37,101 nucleotides of DNA from Candidatus Borrarchaeum weybense (GCA_019057385.1 JAHQJS010000002.1:1-37101), one strand, 5' to 3'; counted from the stretch's first letter, positions 1-9,340 are shown. Notes: a model not told the origin generated them from the letters alone. Made by a program: numbers and translations.

Positions 1-128
1 CCCGTCATTAAAACACCACCCGAGGTTGGGTACACCAACCCCTGTCTCCGCAGAATCGGTTGTGTGAACAACATCCGACCTCAATTCCTCTCCACCCTAA
101 AGGGCTGGAGTCTCCTTGAGGTAATCTT
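1..128 (+). mobile_element. IS200/IS605-type element end (subterminal hairpin) preceded by structured, omegaRNA/HEARO-like non-coding sequence; truncated by the window edge
   Basis: Hairpin CTCCACCC-TAAA-GGGCTGGAG (90-110) is enclosed by ACCTCAA/TTGAGGT (78-84/116-122), in the CAATTCCTC...CCCTAAAGGG...GTCTCCTTG pattern typical of these ends. There is another stem GGTTGG/CCAACC (24-40). GC-richer than the flank, with no ORF. Confidence 0.6.
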
Positions 129-191
129 ATAAACTTTAGTTAATAACTTGATAGTCAGTTGATTGATAGAACTTGTTTTGAGGGAAATAAA

Positions 192-1274
192 TTGAAGGAA
201 GTACGCGTTGCAATTGCTGGGGTTGGAAACTGCGCCTCTGCATTAGTTCAAGGATGCCAATACTATCGAAATGCTAAAGAAGATGAGATGGTTCCTGGCC
301 TTATGCATGTGAATTTTGGCGGATATCACATTAGAGACATCAAATTTGTTGCCGCTTTCGACGTCAATACAAAAAAGATTGGAAAAGATCTTTCAGAAGC
401 AATTTTTGCAGAACCAAATTGCTGTGAAGTGTTTGCTGAAAATATTAAACCTTTCAATATTAAGGTATTACCTGGTCCGATTGCAGATGGTGTTGCACCT
501 CATATGGTTAATTCATTTCATTGCTATGATCCCAATCTCATTGAAGCGGTTGATATAGCAAGTGTACTACGAGAAACAAAGACGGACGTTTTAATTAATT
601 ATTTACCTGTTGGCTCAAAGGAAGGTACCAAATTATATGCTCAGGCTGCGCTAGAAGCAGGTTGCGCATTTGTAAACTGTATACCTGAGTTTATTGTATC
701 TGTCAAAAAATGGGCTGAACGATTTGAAAGACGTGGCATTCCTATAGCTGGTGATGATATCAAGAGCCAAGTTGGTGCAACAATAGCACATAGAGCCTTA
801 GTGAATCTATTTCTTGATAGAGGCGTAAAAATTGACCAAACTTATCAGTTAAATATAGGCGGAAACACTGACTTCGAAAATATGACTGTAGAGTCTCGTT
901 TAAAGACTAAACGTGTATCAAAGACTGAAGCAGTTACGAGTTTGGTTCCCTATCCTACTCCAACAAGAATTGGACCTTCTGATTATGTTAAGTTTTTGGG
1001 AGACAATAAGATTTGCTATATTTGGTTGAAAGGTCGAAAATTCGGAGATGTACCAGTAACTGTACAACTAAAACTAAGCGTTGAAGATTCTCCTAATAGC
1101 GCAGGTGTTGTAATTGATGTTATTCGCGCAGTTAAATTAGCACTTGATAGAGGTATAGGTGGACCTTTAACCAGCATCTCGTCTTATGGGTTTAAACATC
1201 CTCCAGAACAGATTGTCGACAGTGTTGCACATACGAACGTTGAGGAGTTCATCGAAGGAAAAAGAGAACGCTGA
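192..1274 (+). CDS. ino1: myo-inositol-1-phosphate synthase
   Basis: GVGNCAS Rossmann motif, INYLPVGS, GDDIKSQVGAT, QLNIGGNTDF and EDSPNSAG motifs. TTG start at 192 after GAGGGA (ORF track opens at 159). Confidence 0.95.
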   Translation: MKEVRVAIAGVGNCASALVQGCQYYRNAKEDEMVPGLMHVNFGGYHIRDIKFVAAFDVNTKKIGKDLSEAIFAEPNCCEVFAENIKPFNIKVLPGPIADGVAPHMVNSFHCYDPNLIEAVDIASVLRETKTDVLINYLPVGSKEGTKLYAQAALEAGCAFVNCIPEFIVSVKKWAERFERRGIPIAGDDIKSQVGATIAHRALVNLFLDRGVKIDQTYQLNIGGNTDFENMTVESRLKTKRVSKTEAVTSLVPYPTPTRIGPSDYVKFLGDNKICYIWLKGRKFGDVPVTVQLKLSVEDSPNSAGVVIDVIRAVKLALDRGIGGPLTSISSYGFKHPPEQIVDSVAHTNVEEFIEGKRER

Positions 1275-1334
1275 ACAATATTCTAAACTTTCCATTTCAC
1301 ACTTATTTATTGAAAATTAATGTTAATAAGACCG

Positions 1335-2111
1335 CTAGCTAACACGCTTCAGATAGCCTTTCGTCTCGCATTCTTTAAAGAACGCAATGAAATCTTTTGC
1401 AGAATTTAGTCGATATCCAAGTAGTTGTAGTGAAAGTATAATATCTTCAACTGTATTTTTACCATTTATATACTGTAAAGCCATTCTATATTGCTTATCT
1501 TGAGCAGGAATACTTTTTACAGCCTTTAAAGCATCAGTATTCAGCGCATAGACATCGTTTAATTCCTTTAGTCCTTCATCTGGTTGAGTGATTTCTATAG
1601 TACTATCTTGTAGTTTTTCAATGGATGTCTCTCCTGGCGAACTACTCGCATCTGAAGTCAAACGAATCAATTTCTTGAACATGCCAACAACGCTTTTGCC
1701 AATAGCACGTGATTCTTTGTCAACGATCATTTGTTGCACAAGCGTATCAAGAGAGGGAATGAATTCGTGAAATATAGAATTATCTTTTAATAAATCATCA
1801 CTAAAGGTTTTTTGGTACATCTCAATGAATTTTTCATCAACTTGATCAAAAATTTCTTTAATTTCGTCACTTGAAGTCTCAGAATCAGCACAAACAGCAT
1901 AAATCACATCTAAGCTATGAGATCTTGAATAAATAAACTTTAAGTCGCCCATAACAATTTCATCAACTTGTCGCTGAATTATTTGCTCTGCAAAGGTATT
2001 GATTGCTGTTATAAAACCAGATATAAGTGCCTCATCAACTTCTAACGATCCGTATCTCTTAGAAATAAGAGCAGTGCCATCTGTTTTCAAAATGTAGACA
2101 TTGTGTATCAA
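1335..2111 (-). CDS. longin-like domain protein with C-terminal winged helix (Asgard-type eukaryotic signature protein)
   Basis: N-terminus VYILKTDGTALISKRY...DEALISGFITAINTFA fits the longin pattern. C-terminus LQYINGKNTVEDII...KGYL resembles a wHTH. Confidence 0.7.
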   Translation of the reverse strand: MIHNVYILKTDGTALISKRYGSLEVDEALISGFITAINTFAEQIIQRQVDEIVMGDLKFIYSRSHSLDVIYAVCADSETSSDEIKEIFDQVDEKFIEMYQKTFSDDLLKDNSIFHEFIPSLDTLVQQMIVDKESRAIGKSVVGMFKKLIRLTSDASSSPGETSIEKLQDSTIEITQPDEGLKELNDVYALNTDALKAVKSIPAQDKQYRMALQYINGKNTVEDIILSLQLLGYRLNSAKDFIAFFKECETKGYLKRVS

Positions 2112-2454
2112 TCGAATCCCCTAGCTTTATCTAAATAATAATATGAAAACCCCTTTTTTAGGTTTTCTAGTAAGTATTTCCGCCATTCTGTTCTAGAACC
2201 TTCATGTATTAATTCTATTAAGAGAACGGTCGAAAAATCATTACTCTCGTAATGAAGTCTTAGTTTATTTGTTTATTTGCAAATTACACAATAGTAAGTT
2301 TTATTGTCACATTTAAGGAAGATCTTAGGTATGTGATCACATGTTTGGTTGAGCAATATACAGTTTCATATATATTATATAAGGAATGTATTGTAAGCCA
2401 CATCAATCGTATATACTGCCAATTGAGTATTCAAATTGAAATGGAAGGAAAAAT

Positions 2455-2904
2455 ATGGGTTTGATACAAGGATACAATTTTCCTAACGAGTTATACTACT
2501 CCAAAAAACATATTTGGGTTAAAGTAGACTCTAATGAATCTGTAACCTTCGGATTAACCGATTTCGCAATTAAAAATGCAGATGAAGTGGTTTTAATTGA
2601 ATTGTTTCAGAAAGAAGGTAGTCAAATTCAATGTGACAAGCCATTCGGAGCATTGGATTCAGCAAAAGGTACTAACATCTTGTATTCACCATTTTCTGGA
2701 ACGATTGAAAAGAGAAATCGAAAAGTAATGATGGATGCTTTAGTTGTTAGTAATGCACCATATACGATAGGCTGGTGCATTAAACTTACCCCCACTAACC
2801 CCACTTCTTTTGAAGAAGAATTAACAGGTTTAATGAAAGGAGATACACCTGAGTTTATTGAATGGATCACAAACGAGATTAAACGAATAAGTAAAGCTGA
2901 TTGA
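2455..2904 (+). CDS. gcvH: glycine cleavage system H-like lipoyl carrier protein
   Basis: LYYSKKHIWVK, GLTDFA, lipoyl-lysine motif DSAKG, LYSPFSG, N-x-PY-x-GW. Confidence 0.9.
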   Translation: MGLIQGYNFPNELYYSKKHIWVKVDSNESVTFGLTDFAIKNADEVVLIELFQKEGSQIQCDKPFGALDSAKGTNILYSPFSGTIEKRNRKVMMDALVVSNAPYTIGWCIKLTPTNPTSFEEELTGLMKGDTPEFIEWITNEIKRISKAD

Positions 2905-3052
2905 TTTCAAACTTTAAATTTCACCTGACGATATATCGTTAACGATCATTATAAATTGCGGAAGTGGGATGGAAAAGAATTTTAAACACTTCATTTTATA
3001 AAATAGTTACACATAGAAAGTAAAGTCATAGATTATGAGGTGAGTTTTTACG

Positions 3053-3292
3053 ATGACAATGACCGCGTTTATTCTTGCAAAACTAAGTCCTGAAGAGTCT
3101 GGAATGGATTTACTAAATGAAATTAGAACGGATGAATTCGTTGAAGAAGCGTTTCTCATTTACGGTGCATTTGATCTTATAGTGAAAGTTGAAGTAAAAA
3201 ATCCTGAAGATTTAGACAGTTTTATATTTAATAGACTACGAAAAGTACGAGGCGTCCTTGATACCGCTACATGCATATGCGCCAGTTGTTAG
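3053..3292 (+). CDS. stand-alone Lrp/AsnC ligand-binding (RAM) domain protein
   Basis: 79 aa with VEEAFLIYGAFDLIVKV and LRKVRGVLDT and no HTH. GAGGTGA RBS. Confidence 0.85.
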   Translation: MTMTAFILAKLSPEESGMDLLNEIRTDEFVEEAFLIYGAFDLIVKVEVKNPEDLDSFIFNRLRKVRGVLDTATCICASC

Positions 3293-3455
3293 AAGCCTAT
3301 ACAATATTAATAATCTCCTTTTTTCAATCCTGGGTATTTTCTCTAAAGACATTTACAACTATTTTTTCTTTAATTTACTTCTTTCAAAGAATATAAAAGT
3401 GCAATTTTTCTAATAATGTATTGCCCAGAAACTCATTTCACTTATTTTGGAAGCG

Positions 3456-4865
3456 ATGGACGCGATGGACGAAGAAATAATTAGAGAGTTAGCCAAAATT
3501 GTTGGAGACGATTACATAACTACAGATGACGCCGATTTAGTAGCCTATTCGAGCGATGTCCTTTCAAGTGCATTCAAGAAACCTGATTGCGTGGTGATGC
3601 CGAAAAATACCAAACAAATCTCTGATATCCTTAAATTAGCGAATAGGGAGAAGATTCCCGTCATTGCTAGAGGAGGAGGAACTTCAGAATTAGGTGGTTG
3701 TGTTGCATGGCATGGTGGGATTATCCTCGAGCTTAGAAGGATGAATCGGATCAAACAAATTGACGTTGATAACTTAATGGCTGTTGTCGAGCCTGGCGTG
3801 ATTTGCGAGAGGTTGAATCAGGAAGCACGAAAATATGGTTTAAATTTTCCCCCGACCGTTCCAACTGAGTCTGTAGCGACATTGGGCGGAATGGTGGCAA
3901 GCAATTCATCGGGATTACGAAGTGCAAAATATGGCGCAACAACGGACTATGTTATAGCTTTAGAAGTTGTTCTAACAGATGGACGAATAGTTCGCTTTGG
4001 AAAACCAGTTTACAAAACCTCATCTGGCTATGATTTAGTACATCTCTTTGTAGGTTCGGAAGGAACTTTAGGGATAGTAACAGAAATTACACTTAAGTTA
4101 AAACCCATACCTAAGTATTTTGCTACTGCTTATGGTCTTTTTGACAGTCTTGAGGAAAGTGCAAGAGCTGTAGCTGAGATTGTAAAAAGTGGAATAAATC
4201 CTGCAGGCTTGGAAATTGTTGATTTGCCTACACAACAAGCTACAAATAGACTTGCCAAAAAATATGGAGGCAAACTCAGTGAGGCTTCTTTTCCAGAAGC
4301 AGAAGGCCTCTTGTTATTCGAATTAGATGGACGTGATACTGCTCAAATTGAGGCAGATAAGATCATACTTCAAGAGATTGCAGAGAAACATGGATGTAAA
4401 GAGATCATATGGGCAAAAAACGAAGAAGAAAGAGAAAAAATGTGGTTCGCGAGAAAATCAGTTTTGGTAACTCTTGTGCGCGATAAACCAACGATACTTA
4501 TTGGAGATTGCATTCTACCTCCGTCTAAATTACCCGATCTTATTCGTATTATGCAAGATGCTGGGAAAAAATTTGGAATAAAGGTTTACATCATTGCCCA
4601 TGCAGCAGATGGGAATGCTCATTATTTAGTTCCATACGATATAAACGATGAAGATGAATTAAGACGCTTGGAAGCCTTAGAGGATGAAATAGTTCATAAG
4701 ACAATTGAATTAGGCGGATCAGTTTCAGGAGAACATGGGATAGGTCAACATAGAATGAAGTACATGAAACCTGAACATGGAGAGAGCTACGAAGTTATGC
4801 TTGCAATAAAACAGTTGTTTGATCCTAACAATATATTGTCGCCTGGAACTATATTCTGTGAATAA
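3456..4865 (+). CDS. glcD: FAD-linked 2-hydroxy-acid oxidoreductase, GlcD/D-lactate dehydrogenase family (copy 1)
   Basis: RGGGT, TLGGMVASNSSG, SSGYDL..LFVGSEGTLG, HAADGNAH, SGEHGIG. Start could be 3447, 3456 or 3465. Confidence 0.88.
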   Translation: MDAMDEEIIRELAKIVGDDYITTDDADLVAYSSDVLSSAFKKPDCVVMPKNTKQISDILKLANREKIPVIARGGGTSELGGCVAWHGGIILELRRMNRIKQIDVDNLMAVVEPGVICERLNQEARKYGLNFPPTVPTESVATLGGMVASNSSGLRSAKYGATTDYVIALEVVLTDGRIVRFGKPVYKTSSGYDLVHLFVGSEGTLGIVTEITLKLKPIPKYFATAYGLFDSLEESARAVAEIVKSGINPAGLEIVDLPTQQATNRLAKKYGGKLSEASFPEAEGLLLFELDGRDTAQIEADKIILQEIAEKHGCKEIIWAKNEEEREKMWFARKSVLVTLVRDKPTILIGDCILPPSKLPDLIRIMQDAGKKFGIKVYIIAHAADGNAHYLVPYDINDEDELRRLEALEDEIVHKTIELGGSVSGEHGIGQHRMKYMKPEHGESYEVMLAIKQLFDPNNILSPGTIFCE

Positions 4866-4878
4866 AGAGGGCTTGAAT

Positions 4879-6036
4879 ATGTCGGAAATTTCTTTTAAAA
4901 ATTTGATACAGGTAAAAGAAAGCCTAGATACGTGCTTCAAGTGCAGTTTTTGTAAAGGTAACTGTCCCGTAAGCGAGCAAATATTCTGGGAGACACTCAG
5001 TCCTCGAGGGAAAATGCTTATACTAAGGGGGTTATTAAGAGAGCAAGGAGATTTAACAAAAAGAGTTATTGACAGTTTATACACTTGTACACTGTGTGGG
5101 AACTGCGATAATACGTGTATTGCTGGAATTAGTGTGACAGATGTTTTGGCTGCTGGAAGACGTGACCTATATGAACTAGGAAAGGCTCCAGAGAGTGTTA
5201 AATCTCTTATAAAGACGCTAAAAGCGAGCGGTAACGTTTTTGACCTTTCCAAAGAGGATTTGGATATATTTGGGTTAAATCCGGACAAGGAATTTCCGAA
5301 AAGTGCGGATCTTCTCTTTTTCAAAGGCTGCTATGCTAATTATCACTCAATACCGCATAAAAGTACTATGCGTTCATTCAACATCTTAAAAAAACTAAAT
5401 GTCGATTTTACAATTCTTAGAGATGAGGAATGCTGTGGATCACCTGCATATCTTCTTGGAGATATGGATACAACAAGGCGTTTTTGTGAGTACAATGTTT
5501 CAAAGATCGAAGAAACGGGCGCTTGCAGAGTAGTTACAGCTTGTCCAGGATGTTATCGAGTATTGAAACAAGTATACCCCAAATTAGTTGGCAAACTCAA
5601 TTTCGAAGTGCTTCACATCACTGAATTACTTGCAGAATACATTGACGCAGGTAGACTTGTTTTTAAAAAGAATGGAATCGATAAACTAAATGTTCTCTAT
5701 CATGATCCATGTGAACTTGGCCGGCACTGCGGGATATATGAAGCGCCACGAAAAATTATAGAATCCATCCCTGGAGTCAATTTGGAAGAATTTGATAAAA
5801 ATAGAGATGAAGCAAAATGCTGTGGCGGTGGAGGAGGTCTTACAATAAGTAATCCAAATCTGGCCAACCAAATAGCACAGACAAGATTGCAGGAAGCAGA
5901 AGAAAAGAATAAAGCAGTTGTTACAGCATGCCCAGCATGCCAATTAAACTTTTCAGCCTCCAAAGATAAATATAACTTGAAAGTTAAAATTTTGGACATT
6001 TATCAATTAATAGATCATGCAAATGACCTACGTTAA
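4879..6036 (+). CDS. glcF: GlcF/HdrD-like Fe-S protein (two 4Fe-4S motifs + two CCG domains), copy 1
   Basis: CxxCxxCxxxCP, CTLCGNCDNTC, ECCGSP, TACPGC, HDPCEL, CCGGGGG, TACPAC. ATG at 4879 after GAGGG. Confidence 0.85.
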   Translation: MSEISFKNLIQVKESLDTCFKCSFCKGNCPVSEQIFWETLSPRGKMLILRGLLREQGDLTKRVIDSLYTCTLCGNCDNTCIAGISVTDVLAAGRRDLYELGKAPESVKSLIKTLKASGNVFDLSKEDLDIFGLNPDKEFPKSADLLFFKGCYANYHSIPHKSTMRSFNILKKLNVDFTILRDEECCGSPAYLLGDMDTTRRFCEYNVSKIEETGACRVVTACPGCYRVLKQVYPKLVGKLNFEVLHITELLAEYIDAGRLVFKKNGIDKLNVLYHDPCELGRHCGIYEAPRKIIESIPGVNLEEFDKNRDEAKCCGGGGGLTISNPNLANQIAQTRLQEAEEKNKAVVTACPACQLNFSASKDKYNLKVKILDIYQLIDHANDLR

Positions 6037-6050
6037 GATCGGACGTGATT

Positions 6051-7439
6051 ATGGTAAGCCCTTTAGAAAGCATTATCATCGAAAAATTAACCGAAATTGT
6101 TGGCGGGCAATATATATCGACTGATGATGCAGATCTTGTGAGTTATTCGAGTGACTTCATGATAGATGTATTTCTAAAGCCAGATGTGGTAATTCTTCCA
6201 GAGAATGCCAGCCAAATAGCTGAAATTTTAAAATTAGCTAACGAGAACAACATAGGCGTTACCCCAAGAGGAGCGGGTACAGCCACACACGGAGGCAGTA
6301 TTGCTCAAGGAGGTATTTTACTCGATTTAAAGCGTATGAATAAGATCATTGAATTCGATCCAGTAAGTATGATTGCGGTAGTCGAACCTGGGGTTGTGTA
6401 TGAGGATCTTAATCGAGTAACTGGAAAAGCCGGGTTATGGTTTCCAATCGAGCCGCCATCAGGAGCGGTCTGCACAATTGGTGGAATGGTTGGAAACAAT
6501 GCTAGCGGGCTAATGGCATTAAAATATGGAACAACTAAGGACCATATCTTGGCGTTGGAAGTAGTTCTAGCTAATGGTTCGATTATAAAAACAGGAAAAT
6601 CCGTGCTTAAGTCTAGTTCGGGATATGACTTAGTTCATCTTTTTGTGGGATCGGAAGGCACCCTAGGAGTTATAACAGAGATAACCATACGCTTAATTCC
6701 AAGACCAATGCAAATAAGTACTGCTTTCGCAAACTTTCAAAGTCTTACTGATGCGATGGATGCTATTTACGAAATCCGAAGGGTTTTAACACCTGCAGGA
6801 ATCGAATTAATAGATTTACAAACACAAAGGGCAATTAACGAGATGGAGAAAGAACAACTTGTCCCTGAGGTTGAAGCACTTGTCATTTTTGAAATTCATG
6901 AATTCTCTGCAGAAGGTCTCGAAGCCCAAAAAAAGTTAATTGAATGGGTAGCTCAAAAAAACAACTGTAACGAACTCAATTGGGCAAAAAACGACGTAGA
7001 ACGAGAAAAAATTTGGAACGCACGAAAAGCAGCTACTGTCGTTTCAGTTCGGTCTAGAACCTCAACGATACTGGGCGATCTAATCGTACCAATTAAACAC
7101 GTTCCAGCAATAATTCGTTACATTCAAGAAGTGGCAAAAGAAACAAACCTATTGATTTCAATTGTTGGTCATGCTGCGGATGGAAATATTCACTACTTAA
7201 TCCCTTTTAACAAAAATGAATCAAAAAAAGCGTTTGCTGCTGCAGATGAAATCGTCTACAAAACCCTTGAACTTGGCGGATCCGTCACTGCAGAGCATGG
7301 TATTGGTATTGAAAAAATAAAATATATGGAACTAGAGCATGGAAAACACGCGTTGAACATAATGAAGGCGATTAAGAGGATTTTGGATCCTGGGAACATA
7401 CTAAATCCAGGAAAAATATTTCCTACGGAGAAGCAATAA
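6051..7439 (+). CDS. glcD: FAD-linked 2-hydroxy-acid oxidoreductase, GlcD family (copy 2)
   Basis: RGAGT, TIGGMVGNNASG, SSGYDLVHLFVGSEGTLG, HAADGNIH, TAEHGIG. Clear paralog of 3456..4865. Confidence 0.88.
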   Translation: MVSPLESIIIEKLTEIVGGQYISTDDADLVSYSSDFMIDVFLKPDVVILPENASQIAEILKLANENNIGVTPRGAGTATHGGSIAQGGILLDLKRMNKIIEFDPVSMIAVVEPGVVYEDLNRVTGKAGLWFPIEPPSGAVCTIGGMVGNNASGLMALKYGTTKDHILALEVVLANGSIIKTGKSVLKSSSGYDLVHLFVGSEGTLGVITEITIRLIPRPMQISTAFANFQSLTDAMDAIYEIRRVLTPAGIELIDLQTQRAINEMEKEQLVPEVEALVIFEIHEFSAEGLEAQKKLIEWVAQKNNCNELNWAKNDVEREKIWNARKAATVVSVRSRTSTILGDLIVPIKHVPAIIRYIQEVAKETNLLISIVGHAADGNIHYLIPFNKNESKKAFAAADEIVYKTLELGGSVTAEHGIGIEKIKYMELEHGKHALNIMKAIKRILDPGNILNPGKIFPTEKQ

Positions 7440-7452
7440 TAGAGGAATCAAC

Positions 7453-8616
7453 TTGAATCAAGAAAAGAAGTTCCCAAACTTAAGTACCATGCGGGATAAA
7501 ATCACTGAATGTGTAAAATGTGCCTTTTGTAAAGCAGACTGCGTAATAGCGAAAGAAATTCTTTGGGAATCCGCATCACCTCGAGGCAAAATGCTTGTCT
7601 TAAGAGGTCTGTTAGAAGGCTTTGGTACATTAACAGAAAAAACAATAAAATCGCTTTATCAGTGTACATTTTGTGGTGAATGTGAAAAGGATTGTCTTGC
7701 TGGCATTTCTCTTGGAGAGATATTTTTAGCATCCCGAAAGGATCTTTTTAATATTAAGCGAGAAAATATACCCTTTGAAAGCGGTACACTACAAACAGTT
7801 GATGTCCTTTGCCAAAGAATACAAGAAAACTATAATCCACTCGGAAATTTACCTGAAGAAAGAACTATATGGGAAATTGGACAAGACATAGAATTACCAA
7901 AAACTGCGGCCATAGTTTATTTTGTAGGGTGTATGCCCGCGTATTATCGAAAAAACGCACGTGCAACGGCACAAATTCTAAAGGCAATAAATGCTAATTT
8001 TACCACACTTGGATCTGATGAACGATGTTGTGGAAGTCTTTCATTTTTCTTAGGAGATGAAGAGACTACTAAAGAATTAGCACAATACAATGTTACTAAA
8101 ATCCAAGAAACCGGTGCTAAAAAAGTGGTCACTTCTTGTCCAGGATGCTTCAGCATGCTAAAAGGTGAATATCCTAGATTATTGGGAAAAGAACTTGACT
8201 TTGAAGTGTTGCATATAACAGAACTGTTGACAGAATTTCTAGACAATGACAAGTTACATTTTCAATCAGAAATGCAACTTTCAATAATGTATCACGATCC
8301 TTGTGAATTGATTCATTTTGCTATATATGACCAACCAAGAAGGATTTTAAAAGCAATTCCTGGCATTAACCTTGTGGAAAATCCAGAAAATGCGATAACT
8401 CAATGCTGTGGTGGTGGAGGTGGCTTAATGTCGATAGACGCAAAATTATCAACAAGAATTGCTAAGCATAGACTAGAAACTGCGTTAGATCTCGGAGCTG
8501 AAGCACTAGTTACCTGCTGTCCTGCATGTTTTGCAACATTCTCCTCTTCAGCAAAAGAATATAATCTGCCAATAAAAATTATAGACTTAATGGATCTTGT
8601 ACTTCAATCTCTATAG
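7453..8616 (+). CDS. glcF: GlcF/HdrD-like Fe-S protein, copy 2
   Basis: CVKCAFCKADC, CTFCGECEKDC, RCCGS, TSCPGC, HDPCEL, CCGGGGG, TCCPAC. Paralog of 4879..6036. Confidence 0.85.
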   Translation: MNQEKKFPNLSTMRDKITECVKCAFCKADCVIAKEILWESASPRGKMLVLRGLLEGFGTLTEKTIKSLYQCTFCGECEKDCLAGISLGEIFLASRKDLFNIKRENIPFESGTLQTVDVLCQRIQENYNPLGNLPEERTIWEIGQDIELPKTAAIVYFVGCMPAYYRKNARATAQILKAINANFTTLGSDERCCGSLSFFLGDEETTKELAQYNVTKIQETGAKKVVTSCPGCFSMLKGEYPRLLGKELDFEVLHITELLTEFLDNDKLHFQSEMQLSIMYHDPCELIHFAIYDQPRRILKAIPGINLVENPENAITQCCGGGGGLMSIDAKLSTRIAKHRLETALDLGAEALVTCCPACFATFSSSAKEYNLPIKIIDLMDLVLQSL

Positions 8617-8661
8617 TCAACTACCCCTCCCTGTCGGAAGGGGTCTTCTCGCTGATATCAG
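8616..8661 (+). mobile_element. miniature IS200/IS605-derived palindromic element (single hairpin)
   Basis: GTCAACTACCCCTCC-CTGTC-GGAAGGGGTCTTCTCGC: a GTCAAC start plus a hairpin plus a tail resembling 111-128. Lies between convergent genes. Confidence 0.55.
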
Positions 8662-8674
8662 ATAAAAATGGAAA

Positions 8675-9340
8675 TTAGACATTCCAATGGGACTTCAGAG
8701 TTGTTTGCTGATGAATTTTTCTATTTTCTGTTGTTAAATTGGTCCAATCATCCATATATGTTTGAATTGGAGTCCCATTATTTACATGGCATTCAACAAC
8801 CTTTGAGAATAAAGGTTCTATCATTTCTCCAGTTTTTGCAGAAACCTCTATATAACCCCGGATCTGTTTTGAATCACAATATGCTTCGATTTCTTCTATA
8901 GGTGGTACATCTCGATCAAGATCCGATTTGGATCCGACCAAAAGAACCTCTGACTTCGGCATATGTCCGGTATCCATTAACTTATGGTAGTGCTCAATAT
9001 TCAAGAACGTCTCCATATCAGATAAGTCAAAAGTCAGAAGGAGTATATCCGGTTTTATTCGATTGACATCATCTAGCATGAAACGAAAACGTTCTTGACC
9101 CCCAAAATCGTACAAAAATAATGTATACTCTTCTTGCACTGCATTCTTTTGAAATAGAACTGTTTTAGTCTCACAGTTCATGAAGACTGTAAGACGTGTT
9201 TGTTCTTCAAATTCATCTTTTAAATATCGGTTTAATAGACTAGTTTTTCCAACTCCTCCGTCGCCAAGTAATGCGACCCTAATGTAATTTTTTGATGCCT
9301 TTTTTGATACCTTTTTTGATGCCATGTTACGAGCATCCAT
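8675..9340 (-). CDS. Ras-superfamily (Rab-like) small GTPase
   Basis: G1 GDGGVGKTS, G2 T, G3 DFGGQERF, G4 SKSD, G5 EVSAKTG. Start 9340 or 9325. Confidence 0.92.
   Translation of the reverse strand: MDARNMASKKVSKKASKNYIRVALLGDGGVGKTSLLNRYLKDEFEEQTRLTVFMNCETKTVLFQKNAVQEEYTLFLYDFGGQERFRFMLDDVNRIKPDILLLTFDLSDMETFLNIEHYHKLMDTGHMPKSEVLLVGSKSDLDRDVPPIEEIEAYCDSKQIRGYIEVSAKTGEMIEPLFSKVVECHVNNGTPIQTYMDDWTNLTTENRKIHQQTTLKSHWNV

Noticed and set aside
3453-3470. GCGATGGAC tandem duplication at the glcD start
   Set aside because: Only two 9-nt units. It affects the choice of start codon and nothing else.
4725-5324. 199-aa antisense ORF and the other short overlapping ORFs in the track (e.g. 16139, 21473, 25848, 29675, 34485)
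   Set aside because: They lie opposite or within well-supported genes and show no motifs or RBS, consistent with shadow ORFs.
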